Of a stretch of 64,000 nucleotides of DNA, positions 28,611-37,538 are shown piece after piece; positions within the stretch are counted from its first letter, which is position 1, and every line of letters begins with the position of its first letter. The position numbers were made by a program, and so were the translations under genes. A model generated the notes under the pieces. That model saw only the letters and a list, made by a program, of their open reading frames with translations, had not been told where the DNA came from and ran no database searches. The DNA lies in the NCBI GenBank assembly GCA_049299895.1, contig JBAQYF010000031.1:1627-65626 (forward strand), in the 5' to 3' direction. This DNA comes from Candidatus Altiarchaeia archaeon. Lineage in GTDB: Archaea; Altiarchaeota; Altiarchaeia; IMC4; QMZM01.

Positions 28611-29485
28611 AAAACAAATATGCTTATTTCATCGGCTGCACGATACCATTCCGCGCCTCCAACTACGACCTTGCCACAAGGAAGGTTACGGAGTCGCTGG
28701 GAATAGAGCTTGTCGACCTCCCGGATGCGGGATGCTGCGGCCTGTATTTCGAGCTCATAAACGAGATGACGTATCTTTCCATGGCCGCCCGCGTGCTGTC
28801 GATGGCGGAAGAGAAGAAACTCGACCTCCTCGTACTATGCAACGGATGCAACGGCTCATTGTACCGGGCCAACAAGAAGCTGAAGGAGAACCCGGAACTA
28901 AAGGACAAAGTGAACGAAGTCCTGACTGAAGTAGGCCGCGAGTACAGGGGAACTATAGAAGTAAAGCACCTCATCCGTGTGCTGTACGAAGACATCGGGA
29001 TAGAGAAAATAAAAGAAAAGATCGCTAACCCCCTCACGAACGTGAAAGCCGCGGCGCACTACGGCTGCCACCTTTTGAAGCCTTCGGAAGAGATCATGTT
29101 CGACGATCCGAAAAATCCAGTAAGTTTGGACAGGCTAATCGAAGTAACGGGAGCAAAGTCGGTCGACTACTACGACAAGCTGCAGTGCTGCGGAGGATAC
29201 GTGCTGGCAGCGGACGCGAAGACCGCCTATAAGATGACTGGCGAGAAGCTTTCGCACGTCAAAGCGGCCGGTGCCGACATAATGATCACAGGCTGCCCGT
29301 TCTGCAACGTCATGTATGATGCTAACCAGAGGGCTGCGGAGACTGAGACAGGTCAGCAGTACAAGATACCGTGCCTGCATTATCCGCAGCTTCTGGCGCT
29401 TGCGATGGGGGTCGATCCGAAGGAATTGGGCTTCGAACAGAACAGGGTGAGGCCTGATATGAAACTGTTTATCAAATCTCCTTAA
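28607..29485 (+). CDS. hdrB: Heterodisulfide reductase subunit B-like (two CCG domains)
   Basis: GCTIPF, DAGCCGLY, CCGG, GCPFC motifs. Confidence 0.8.
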   Translation: MKNKYAYFIGCTIPFRASNYDLATRKVTESLGIELVDLPDAGCCGLYFELINEMTYLSMAARVLSMAEEKKLDLLVLCNGCNGSLYRANKKLKENPELKDKVNEVLTEVGREYRGTIEVKHLIRVLYEDIGIEKIKEKIANPLTNVKAAAHYGCHLLKPSEEIMFDDPKNPVSLDRLIEVTGAKSVDYYDKLQCCGGYVLAADAKTAYKMTGEKLSHVKAAGADIMITGCPFCNVMYDANQRAAETETGQQYKIPCLHYPQLLALAMGVDPKELGFEQNRVRPDMKLFIKSP

Positions 29486-29498
29486 GCTATAAAAAATA

Positions 29499-30770
29499 TC
29501 AGTTCGGCGCGTGGCCGGCCGGATTAGCCCATGAGTTTATCAGGTCTATCACTTCCCCTATACTCATTTCTCCAGTTACCCACTCGTTGATCCCTGATAA
29601 TACCTCTGACAATTCTACTATTTCACAAGGGGGCGAGTTCCCGGGCATAAGGCATGAGGCAGTTGTCGTGGATGTCGTACTGCTTGTCGAAGTCGTAGTG
29701 ACCATCGTGGTTGTGGATGTCGTACTGCTCGTAGACGTTGTCGTGAGGATCGTAGTAGTGGTTGTAGAAGTGGTTGTCGTAGTAGTGGTTGTGGAAGTAG
29801 TCGTCGTAGTGACGCCTTCTAGTACCAGAACGCCCCCGTCGTTGTCAGTTACTTGTGTTCCCTGCCCGGCATATAGTTTTCCATTATAGGATTCAAGCGC
29901 ATATACAGTCTTGTTGCCGGCGTAGCTTGTCTGCCAGCCAACCCCATTGTAGACTATTATTCCTCCGACACCAAGCCCTGCATACAGCTTTCCGCCAAAG
30001 CTCTTCAATCCATAGACAGTGTGGCTGCTTGGATATGTAGTATACCAGTTTGTCCCGTCGAGGACGAAGATGCCTTGATTCGTTCCCACGTAGAGCTTTC
30101 CGTCATATTCTTCCATGGATTCGACGAACTCAGTACCATTGTGAACTATTTCCCAGGAGGTGCCGTTGAATGCGATCACGTTGTTGTGGGTGAGCCAAAC
30201 AGTTTCTATCCCGGCATAAAGTTTACCATTATACGCCTTTAGTGCATAGACCCTTCCCTCTGGAGAGTAAGCTATAGCCCAATTTGTTCCGTTAAAATAG
30301 ATAATTGCAGGAATTTCAGAGTAACCGGTCAGGCTACCTGAGTACAGCTTCCCATCATACACTTCAAGGGATGCAGACAGAGAGCAACCGGGTACATCAT
30401 AAGTCCAGACTGCGCTTAAATTTTGGCTCCATCCGCTGCCGTTATATGCGAGTATATCGCTGTAAGGATCCCCATAAATTTCAGATGCATAAAGCCTGCC
30501 GTCGTATTCTTTGATAGCCATGATAAGAGAACCTGCAAGGGTCGCATACGACGTCCGCCAGGAGCTGCCGTTAAAGGCGTAGATATTGCTGGTCCGTTTA
30601 CCGTCTTCCTGATACCCGCCGGCATACAGACTCCCCTGATACGCCCCAAGAGAGTAGATGCTGACGTTGCCTTTGTCATATATACGAGTCCATGTGTCCG
30701 CATACCCGCAAAAAGGAAGCACCATCAATAATAAAAGGCCCCCCCCCAGTAGAAGATTTTTAGTTTCCAT
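29499..30770 (-). CDS. Secreted beta-propeller-like repeat protein with a long Thr/Ser-rich linker
   Basis: Signal peptide, about 7 YxGKLYAG..NGTxW repeats, more than 60 aa of Thr/Ser low complexity encoded by degenerate nucleotide repeats at about 29640-29810. Confidence 0.5.
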   Translation of the reverse strand: METKNLLLGGGLLLLMVLPFCGYADTWTRIYDKGNVSIYSLGAYQGSLYAGGYQEDGKRTSNIYAFNGSSWRTSYATLAGSLIMAIKEYDGRLYASEIYGDPYSDILAYNGSGWSQNLSAVWTYDVPGCSLSASLEVYDGKLYSGSLTGYSEIPAIIYFNGTNWAIAYSPEGRVYALKAYNGKLYAGIETVWLTHNNVIAFNGTSWEIVHNGTEFVESMEEYDGKLYVGTNQGIFVLDGTNWYTTYPSSHTVYGLKSFGGKLYAGLGVGGIIVYNGVGWQTSYAGNKTVYALESYNGKLYAGQGTQVTDNDGGVLVLEGVTTTTTSTTTTTTTTSTTTTTILTTTSTSSTTSTTTMVTTTSTSSTTSTTTASCLMPGNSPPCEIVELSEVLSGINEWVTGEMSIGEVIDLINSWANPAGHAPN

Positions 30771-31031
30771 CGTATAGAATATTATAAACTCAGGTAAAAA
30801 AGCATGTAATGCCCTGGCTGATTCAACCTACTACTCTTGAACTCAAAAGAGAGTTCAGTCCAAAGAATCTGGACTTCGGGCAGAACAGGCGACTCCAACA
30901 GGAATCGTACCCCCAGATGCTCTTCGTTTATGGCTTGAGGCCGGATATGAAAATGTTCCTAAGGAAGGTTTGAATATTCTTCTCTTTTTTTACTTTGTTT
31001 CTCTAAGATACGACGCAACGGTGTATCTGCC

Positions 31032-31313
31032 ATGACATACATAATAAAGAGGATAACAGGAGACCGCGAGGCCTTCAAAACCGAGAAGATCAGGCGCTCC
31101 GTGCGCAAGGCTTACATAGACGCCGGAAAATGCCTGGGCGAATGCGAGGAGGAGATCCTGCGCATAGCCGAGGAAGTTATATCCATCGCGAGGAATGAGG
31201 AAGCGATCGAGACGAAAAGAATACGAGACCTCGTGGTGGAGAGACTTGAGAAAGTGCAGCCTGCCGCCGCAGAATCTTGGAAGATGTTCGAGAAGAGATA
31301 TAAGAAAAAGTAA
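31032..31313 (+). CDS. ATP-cone domain protein
   Basis: IKRITGDREAFKTEKIRRSVRKA matches the ATP-cone consensus (DGxxExFdxxKI). Confidence 0.6.
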   Translation: MTYIIKRITGDREAFKTEKIRRSVRKAYIDAGKCLGECEEEILRIAEEVISIARNEEAIETKRIRDLVVERLEKVQPAAAESWKMFEKRYKKK

Positions 31314-31392
31314 AACAAAAAAACATCCTTTCGGCACCGTAACTGGCCTGATGTTGTCTATCAGTTCTCCAGAAGACATTCCGTTTAGATCC

Positions 31393-31761
31393 TTATCTTG
31401 CGTCCCTGTCCTCCTGCCACAGGCCGAATGTATTCCCTTCCGTGTCCATGCATATAGCCAGATATCCCCATCCTGGAACTGGCATCTTGGGTGACAGGAC
31501 CTTTCCTCCTGCGTTTTTTACTTTTTCCATATACTCGTCCACGGAGTCTACGCCTATATAATTGGTTATCCTCTGCTCCGGACTGTCTCTCCTGCCCATT
31601 CCTCCTGCGAGGCCCGGTTTGCCCTGCGCGTCTTTCATCTCTATGAAAAAATAATCCATGCCGGGAACCCCTGAGAACTTCCAGTCAAACAGTGACTCAT
31701 AGAACTTTTTTGCCCGAGCAAGATCGTCTGCCGGCAGGTCGAAGTGTACAAATGAGGCCAT
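31393..31761 (-). CDS. VOC-family (glyoxalase/bleomycin-resistance fold) protein
   Basis: HFDLPADDLARAKKFYESLFDW..GNTFGLWQ. Start taken at MASFVHF. Confidence 0.7.
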   Translation of the reverse strand: MASFVHFDLPADDLARAKKFYESLFDWKFSGVPGMDYFFIEMKDAQGKPGLAGGMGRRDSPEQRITNYIGVDSVDEYMEKVKNAGGKVLSPKMPVPGWGYLAICMDTEGNTFGLWQEDRDAR

Positions 31762-31958
31762 TATGGATTGCCCTGACAGATCTCGTCTATCTTTATCCAT
31801 CGGCAGACTTCTGATTTTCCCTTTTGGCTCACGGGATCGCGTACCTGAAAAGTCATAGCCCCGTCCATCAGGCCGGGAACGTCCACAAGAGTAGGCCGCA
31901 TCCAGCCGTATTTTCGCATGCCCTTCATGCCGTCCAGAACATCATATTTTGTTTCCAT
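31761..31958 (-). CDS. Small hypothetical protein (65 aa) coupled upstream of the VOC gene
   Basis: ORF whose stop abuts the VOC start. No domain recognised. Confidence 0.3.
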   Translation of the reverse strand: METKYDVLDGMKGMRKYGWMRPTLVDVPGLMDGAMTFQVRDPVSQKGKSEVCRWIKIDEICQGNP

Positions 31959-32043
31959 TTAAACCACCCACCTATTTTTCCCCCAAAGAAGCTTTTGGAG
32001 GGTTGTATATTTAGAAAAGGAGAGAATAAAACACGGCCAGACT

Positions 32044-33243
32044 TTAGGTGGCAGGTGTCTTTTTTGGATAAGTTGCATAAAGGAAAACAGCAGTGATCAC
32101 GACCGCAAGGACCGTGCTTGCCATGAAGCCCGCAGCATAGCTTGCCGAAACGATTATCATCCCGGTCAGAAGGGGGCCTGCAGTCTGCCCGATATCCATA
32201 ATGGCTGAAAGCGCGCCCATAGACGCTCCAAGCTCTTTTGTTTTCGCGATGTCGGCGGTGTACGTCGTCGTCGCTATCGTCGAGGTGGAGATCGCAAGCC
32301 CTGCGACCACGCTTATCAGGAGGAAATGGTTCATATCCGCAGCGTACGGAACCGCTGCCATCGCCATCCCCAGTGCAAAGAGGCCGAGTGCTATCTGCTT
32401 TCTCTTGTCCACCTTGTCTGCCGCCTTGCCTAGAAGGGGTTTTGTTGCCGCTATCGTGAATATCTGTATTGAGAATATGATGCCGGTGTCTGCCGCCGAA
32501 AAACCTTTTATCTGGAGGAACAATGGAAGATACGTTTCCAGCGCGCCGTACGCAAAATACGTCGAGAGGTCGACGAGGGCGGTCGCGAATAGTAGCCGGT
32601 CTGAAAAGAACGTGAGAAGGCTTTCCCTAAAGTCGGAAAATGTAATGGCTCCCTGCACACGCCCCGAGTCTTCTTTGTAGAGGAGGATTATGAGGAACAC
32701 TGGAATCGCTGCGGCCGTTGCTATCAGATACACCGTCTGGTAATTGCTGAATCCTGCGAATGCGTAATGTGATATCACGGCGCCGCCTATCAAGGGGGCA
32801 ATGGTCCTTCCAATCAGCGTCGATGAGGAATAGAGGCCTATTTTCTCGCCTTTGGTGGATGAATATTTTTCCGCGAGGATAGCGGATACTACCGGTCCGA
32901 GGATCGCTGTCGCCGCTCCGTGGAAGAATCTTATGGGTATGAGGAGCCAGGGATTTGCTCCGACAAGAAGGTACATTGGCGGCGCGGAGACGAATATGAG
33001 GCCCGCAAATGTCAGGAGTTTTTTTCTTCCTAACCGGTCGGATGCAACGCCTATCGGAAAGCTGAAGACTACTCCTGCGAAAGGGGAGAGCGCGGATATG
33101 AGGCCTATCAATGATGCGTCTGCGCCCAGGTCTTTTGCGTAGAGCGGGAGAACGGGATTCTTGCTTATGGTCGTTGAAAAAATGGCGAATAATCCGATCA
33201 ATGAAAAATAGTATATCAGGTTCTTGTTTGCTTCGCTTGCCAT
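32044..33243 (-). CDS. MFS transporter
   Basis: About 12 predicted TM helices. GxxSDRxGRKK MFS motif (ASDRLGRKK). Confidence 0.8.
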   Translation of the reverse strand: MASEANKNLIYYFSLIGLFAIFSTTISKNPVLPLYAKDLGADASLIGLISALSPFAGVVFSFPIGVASDRLGRKKLLTFAGLIFVSAPPMYLLVGANPWLLIPIRFFHGAATAILGPVVSAILAEKYSSTKGEKIGLYSSSTLIGRTIAPLIGGAVISHYAFAGFSNYQTVYLIATAAAIPVFLIILLYKEDSGRVQGAITFSDFRESLLTFFSDRLLFATALVDLSTYFAYGALETYLPLFLQIKGFSAADTGIIFSIQIFTIAATKPLLGKAADKVDKRKQIALGLFALGMAMAAVPYAADMNHFLLISVVAGLAISTSTIATTTYTADIAKTKELGASMGALSAIMDIGQTAGPLLTGMIIVSASYAAGFMASTVLAVVITAVFLYATYPKKTPAT

Positions 33244-33346
33244 GTTGCTGTGCCCGGATATTAACAGGTCGTTATGACTATAAATCCTTAGAAATAGCCG
33301 GTATTTCTGCTACGGGTCGCAATGCTTGAATCAGGTATTTGTTTTT

Positions 33347-33787
33347 TCACGCAAATTTTACCCTGTCCGAGTGGCCGAAGCCCCGGGAATAGTCCAGGTA
33401 ATCGCATTCGATGGGTTCCAGTTTCACCATGACGGCGTTCTTGTCCTGGGGCATGCTTGCGACCATTGGAAATTTTGCGATCAAAAGGTCTCTTGCCTTC
33501 TTCTGTTCAGAGGGATCGGTCACGATCGATGCCCTTGCCTGCATCTGTACTCCTTTCATGCACGTCCATTCCCTGCTGTCCGGGTCCACGGTATAGGCTA
33601 CATAAGGGTTTTCTGATATGTGTTCCATCTTGCGGCTGCGGCGGTCCGTGGAGAAATATGCTACTGCGCCTTCTGATGCGTATGCGATAGTATGGACGAG
33701 CGGTCTCCATTCGCGGGAAACCGTGGCCAGATTCAGATAATCCATCGAGTTCAGGAACCTTGAAACCTCTGTTTTTAGATCGGACAT
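33347..33787 (-). CDS. Pyridoxamine 5'-phosphate oxidase-like FMN-binding split-barrel protein
   Basis: LATVSREWRPLVHTIAY...YFSTDRRSRK pattern. Confidence 0.7.
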   Translation of the reverse strand: MSDLKTEVSRFLNSMDYLNLATVSREWRPLVHTIAYASEGAVAYFSTDRRSRKMEHISENPYVAYTVDPDSREWTCMKGVQMQARASIVTDPSEQKKARDLLIAKFPMVASMPQDKNAVMVKLEPIECDYLDYSRGFGHSDRVKFA

Positions 33788-33856
33788 GGAATAAACACCT
33801 CCCTGGTTATATTACGGAAAACAGAGGATAAAACACATATTCCAATGTCCAGGGTC

Positions 33857-34198
33857 TTATTTTGCGCCATAGTCGTCCAGCGCCTTCATCACTCTCCCCA
33901 TCTGCATCATGGCAGGGCCTCCGCCCATGAGGACGGCAACGTAGCAGGATTCCATTATCTCTTCTCTGCTCGCACCGGAGTCTATCGCGTTCTTCACGTG
34001 GTAGGCTATGCACCATTTGCATTCCGACGTGACTGACAGGGCAACTGAAATCAATTCTTTTGTTTTCACGTTCAGGGACCCTACTCCTTCCGCCTTTTTC
34101 ATGAACATGCCGAAAGGGGCCATATATGCAGGATATTCTTTTTGCATCTTTCCCATGGAGGCGGAAACTTCCGCCAGTAAATCGTTTGTGTCTTCCAT
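33857..34198 (-). CDS. Carboxymuconolactone decarboxylase/AhpD-like protein
   Basis: KELISVALSVTSECKWCIAYH (CxxxH catalytic motif). Confidence 0.7.
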   Translation of the reverse strand: MEDTNDLLAEVSASMGKMQKEYPAYMAPFGMFMKKAEGVGSLNVKTKELISVALSVTSECKWCIAYHVKNAIDSGASREEIMESCYVAVLMGGGPAMMQMGRVMKALDDYGAK

Positions 34199-34296
34199 GT
34201 TCGATATTAGGGATTCATCGGAGAAAACAACCCTCCGGGCGTCCTAGCCCGGTTTTTTTCGTGTTTTATTGTCCTGAGTTCATAGAATAAGATGAG

Positions 34297-34608
34297 GTGT
34301 TCTACATGCCCAAGTTCGCGAAGCTTTTGGAGAAACTAAGAATGTCCTCTGAGGAGGAGCGGTCGAAGTTTATTTTTGAGAACAAGAATCTTTGCGTGTG
34401 CAGGACCTGCAGGTCGTATACTCCATGCGCCGAGAAGAACAAGGAGGTCTTGTTTTGCCTGGCCGGCGAGAGCCCTACCTGTATAAAAGAGGCAAAGGGA
34501 TGCTATTGCCACCGCTGCCCGTTTAATTTCAAGGCCGGGCTAACGAAGGGTTTTTTCTGCCTGAGGGGATCGGAAGAGGAGCGGAGGAAGAAAAAAACGT
34601 CTCCTTGA
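34297..34608 (+). CDS. Small cysteine-rich protein (about 10 Cys; hypothetical metal-binding)
   Basis: CVCRTCRS..C..C..C.C.RC motifs. Confidence 0.4.
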   Translation: MFYMPKFAKLLEKLRMSSEEERSKFIFENKNLCVCRTCRSYTPCAEKNKEVLFCLAGESPTCIKEAKGCYCHRCPFNFKAGLTKGFFCLRGSEEERRKKKTSP

Positions 34609-34830
34609 TGTAGTCTGGTTTGTTGCATGGGTCTTGCCTTCTTCTTTTTTTGTGGGTCAGATGGCCGGGTAAGCGTCCGACAGCTTGAACCGGCCGTATT
34701 ACTTTAACACGCTCTCAGAATCCTTTACTGCATCGGTCTCTTTCTCCATTGGACGCCTTATTTACTTCCCGGGTATCTTAGAATTTTTTTGGATAAAACA
34801 CGGCCTGCGCTTTTATATGTAGTGCCTAAC

Positions 34831-35466
34831 TTATTTTCTCAGCGTGAAGACCCATTCGCAGAAGCGTTCTTTCAGGTGCTCATCCGGCGGCGCATGCACG
34901 CATCTTATCTCGATTCGTTCGTCGATCTCTTTTGCGAATGCCGAGAAGTCTTTTATGTGCATTTTCTTGCAGGGGAATTCCCCGAGGCCGCTCTTGATCC
35001 TGCCTTCCTGGGGCGGGCAGTGTGCGACCGTCAGGGTGATTTTTCCCGTGTCCTTTTTTATTTCGTATCCGGTTATCCTTGTCCAGGGGTAGTATGACAG
35101 GGCTTTAACTAATCCGTCCAGCCCTTTTTTGTCTATGCCGAATCTGCGTTTTATCTCTCTTGCAGTCTTCGCGGAAAGATGCTCCCAGACTTCTTCGTTC
35201 ATTTCCACGGCGGAGGAGAGGCCGTATTTCTTCTCCACGGAAAGGAACCAGTAGGCATCTACCAGCCGGTATTGCCGCAGCATGAATTCCGCGTATTCAT
35301 CCGTTTCTTTTTTCATTTTTATGGAAATATCCTGGTTCTTCCGGGGAGCCTCCTGCCAGAGTAGAACTGCCAGTTGGTTGAATCCCGGGGTAACCGCTCT
35401 GTTAACCATTGCGGCAGATGCCTGCTTTACGTGTAGGTTTATAAGAGACGAACAGATAAAAGACAT
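34831..35466 (-). CDS. Hypothetical protein (start uncertain)
   Basis: Long ORF, no domain recognised. Confidence 0.4.
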   Translation of the reverse strand: MSFICSSLINLHVKQASAAMVNRAVTPGFNQLAVLLWQEAPRKNQDISIKMKKETDEYAEFMLRQYRLVDAYWFLSVEKKYGLSSAVEMNEEVWEHLSAKTAREIKRRFGIDKKGLDGLVKALSYYPWTRITGYEIKKDTGKITLTVAHCPPQEGRIKSGLGEFPCKKMHIKDFSAFAKEIDERIEIRCVHAPPDEHLKERFCEWVFTLRK

Positions 35467-35677
35467 GCTTACGTTATTTTAGTCTGGCATATGTCCAATA
35501 CAACAAAAAAAAAAGTTCAGCACATGAATGTAGTATGAACCGGCCAATAGTGCCTACTGTCGTGTGCCCGCCGGGTACGTGCGCTGTTAGCGCATATTCG
35601 GCACATACGCCTTCTTTCGAGCGGGAGCATTTGATTTTTCCCCTTACGCGGCATAAATAGATAAATAAATAGATGAC

Positions 35678-36658
35678 ATGGATCCTTTACTTGGCGTGTT
35701 TCTTGCGGCCCTGTTCGGACTGCTTCCCATGGCGGCATTTGCGTTAATGCTGACCCGGCTGGACGTCTATAAGAAGGAGCCGCCTCTTTTATTCGTCACG
35801 GTCTTCCTCTGGGGTTTTTTAGTGGCCTCAGTATCTGCTTTTTCCATAAACACGTTATTCGGGCTGAGCGTCTTTTTGATAACCGGAAATCGGGGAATAT
35901 CCGACGCCACTACAACGGTCTTCGTCGGGCCGTTTGTCGAGGAGTGTGTAAAGGGCCTTGCCCTGCTTCTTTTATTCCTGTATTCCCGCAGGCATTTCAA
36001 CACTCCTTTGGACGGGATAATATACGGGAGCCTCGTCGGTTTCGGCTTCGCCGCCGCAGAGAACATGTTATATATCTTCAGGGGGTTCACGAGGTCCGGC
36101 GTAACGGGCCTGCTGACAGTAGCGCTTGTCCGTACCGTGCTCATCCCTTTTCTCCATGCGACCCTGACAAGCCTGACTGGCATGGGATTATCGGTCGCCA
36201 GGCTCTCGAAAGGCATTAAAAGGTACACGACGCCTGTAGCGGGATTCGCCGCCGCCGTCGGACTACATTCCCTGCATAATTTTCTAACGGTAACAATGAT
36301 ACCTGCCTTGCAGGTGGCAGGCTTTTTCATCGACTGGATGGGAGTTGCCATGGTTATATCCCTTGTAGGCCATCTCGTAAGGAGCGAGACACGCATAATG
36401 CGTAAATACCTTTTGGAGGAAGTAACCAGGGGCAATATCCGCCTGGACCAGTATATCAACACAGTGTCCGTTTACAGGAGGAACGCAACCTGCTGGACCT
36501 GTCTGAACGCAAAAAGAAGGTCGGATCTGAAAGAGTTATACAAGATTTCAGGAGAACTGGCATTCCTGAAGCACGAACAAGAGAAAACCAACGTTAATAA
36601 ATCTTTGGATATCTCCGCCTTGAGAACTGGACTGAGGGAGGTTTCAGGCAGGCTTTGA
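35678..36658 (+). CDS. PrsW-family intramembrane metalloprotease
   Basis: Polytopic membrane protein with EECVKGLALL (EExxK), GFGFAAAEN (FxxxE) and HSLHN (HxxxN) motifs. Confidence 0.7.
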   Translation: MDPLLGVFLAALFGLLPMAAFALMLTRLDVYKKEPPLLFVTVFLWGFLVASVSAFSINTLFGLSVFLITGNRGISDATTTVFVGPFVEECVKGLALLLLFLYSRRHFNTPLDGIIYGSLVGFGFAAAENMLYIFRGFTRSGVTGLLTVALVRTVLIPFLHATLTSLTGMGLSVARLSKGIKRYTTPVAGFAAAVGLHSLHNFLTVTMIPALQVAGFFIDWMGVAMVISLVGHLVRSETRIMRKYLLEEVTRGNIRLDQYINTVSVYRRNATCWTCLNAKRRSDLKELYKISGELAFLKHEQEKTNVNKSLDISALRTGLREVSGRL

Positions 36659-36756
36659 ATTCCGCCTAAAAGCCCGTTCTCCAATAAGTTTTTTAAGGTA
36701 ATCGCTTAAACTATATAACATATGTTTATATTTAGTCCCCTGGATTAGTCCTGCCC

Positions 36757-37158
36757 ATGAAAACAATTGTTTTGATAGTCGACGACAACAAAGACATCCT
36801 TTTCGCAGTAAAGGAGTCCCTGGAGTCGAACCCGTCCTACAGCGTGGAATGCGCCGGAAGCGGAAAAGAATGCCTGGAAAAGATGAAGTCCTGCAAGCCG
36901 GATATCATACTGATGGATATAATGATGCCGGAAATGGACGGCTTTGAAGTTGTGGCCAAGATCAAATCAGACGAACAGACCAAGGACATACCTGTGGTAT
37001 TCCTCACCGCCAAGACCGACAAACTCAGCAAAGGCATAGGGAAAGCCATGTCAGTAGACTACATAGAGAAACCCTTTGACCCTGCGGACCTGAAGGGAAG
37101 GATAGAGAAAATAATCAAGAGGAGGCATATGTATGAAAATAGCGGTCCTGGCGGTTGA
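36757..37158 (+). CDS. Single-domain response regulator (CheY-like receiver)
   Basis: LIVDDNKD, phospho-acceptor D in ILMDIMMPEMDG, conserved T and K. Confidence 0.8.
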   Translation: MKTIVLIVDDNKDILFAVKESLESNPSYSVECAGSGKECLEKMKSCKPDIILMDIMMPEMDGFEVVAKIKSDEQTKDIPVVFLTAKTDKLSKGIGKAMSVDYIEKPFDPADLKGRIEKIIKRRHMYENSGPGG

Positions 37159-37516
37159 CGACAGCAAGGACGTCCTGTTTTCTATTAAAGAGTCCCTGGA
37201 ATCAGACAACAATTTTTCCGTGTCCTGCGCGGAAAGCGGAAAAGAGTGCCTGAACAGATTGAAGCGCTGCAAGCCGGACGTCATACTAATGGATATAATG
37301 ATGCCGGAAATGGACGGCTGGGAAGTTGTCGCAAGGATCAAGGAGAACAAAGACCTGGCCAAAATACCCTTGATATACCTGACAGGCAAAACAGACAGCC
37401 TCTCAAGGGAATTAGGCTCCCTGTCATCCGAGGATTACATTGACAAACCGTTCGATCCCGCGGATCTGCGGGCCAGGATCTTTTTGGCAGTAACAAAAAA
37501 GGAAGTGAACAAATAG
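37133..37516 (+). CDS. Single-domain response regulator, recent tandem duplicate of the previous gene
   Basis: Long stretches of nucleotide identity to 36757..37158 (for example CAAGCCGGA..ATGGATATAATGATGCCGGAAATGGACGGCT). Confidence 0.8.
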   Translation: MKIAVLAVDDSKDVLFSIKESLESDNNFSVSCAESGKECLNRLKRCKPDVILMDIMMPEMDGWEVVARIKENKDLAKIPLIYLTGKTDSLSRELGSLSSEDYIDKPFDPADLRARIFLAVTKKEVNK

Positions 37517-37538
37517 GCCAGTATTCTCCGGGGTTTTT

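Noticed and set aside
29640-29810. Tandem degenerate nucleotide repeats (GTCGT-rich)
   Set aside because: They are coding low-complexity sequence for the Thr/Ser linker of the secreted protein 29499..30770, with no unique spacers, so this is not a CRISPR or satellite array.
30990-31379. Minus-strand 129-aa ORF
   Set aside because: It overlaps the plus-strand ATP-cone gene, which has a recognisable domain, and it has no features of its own.
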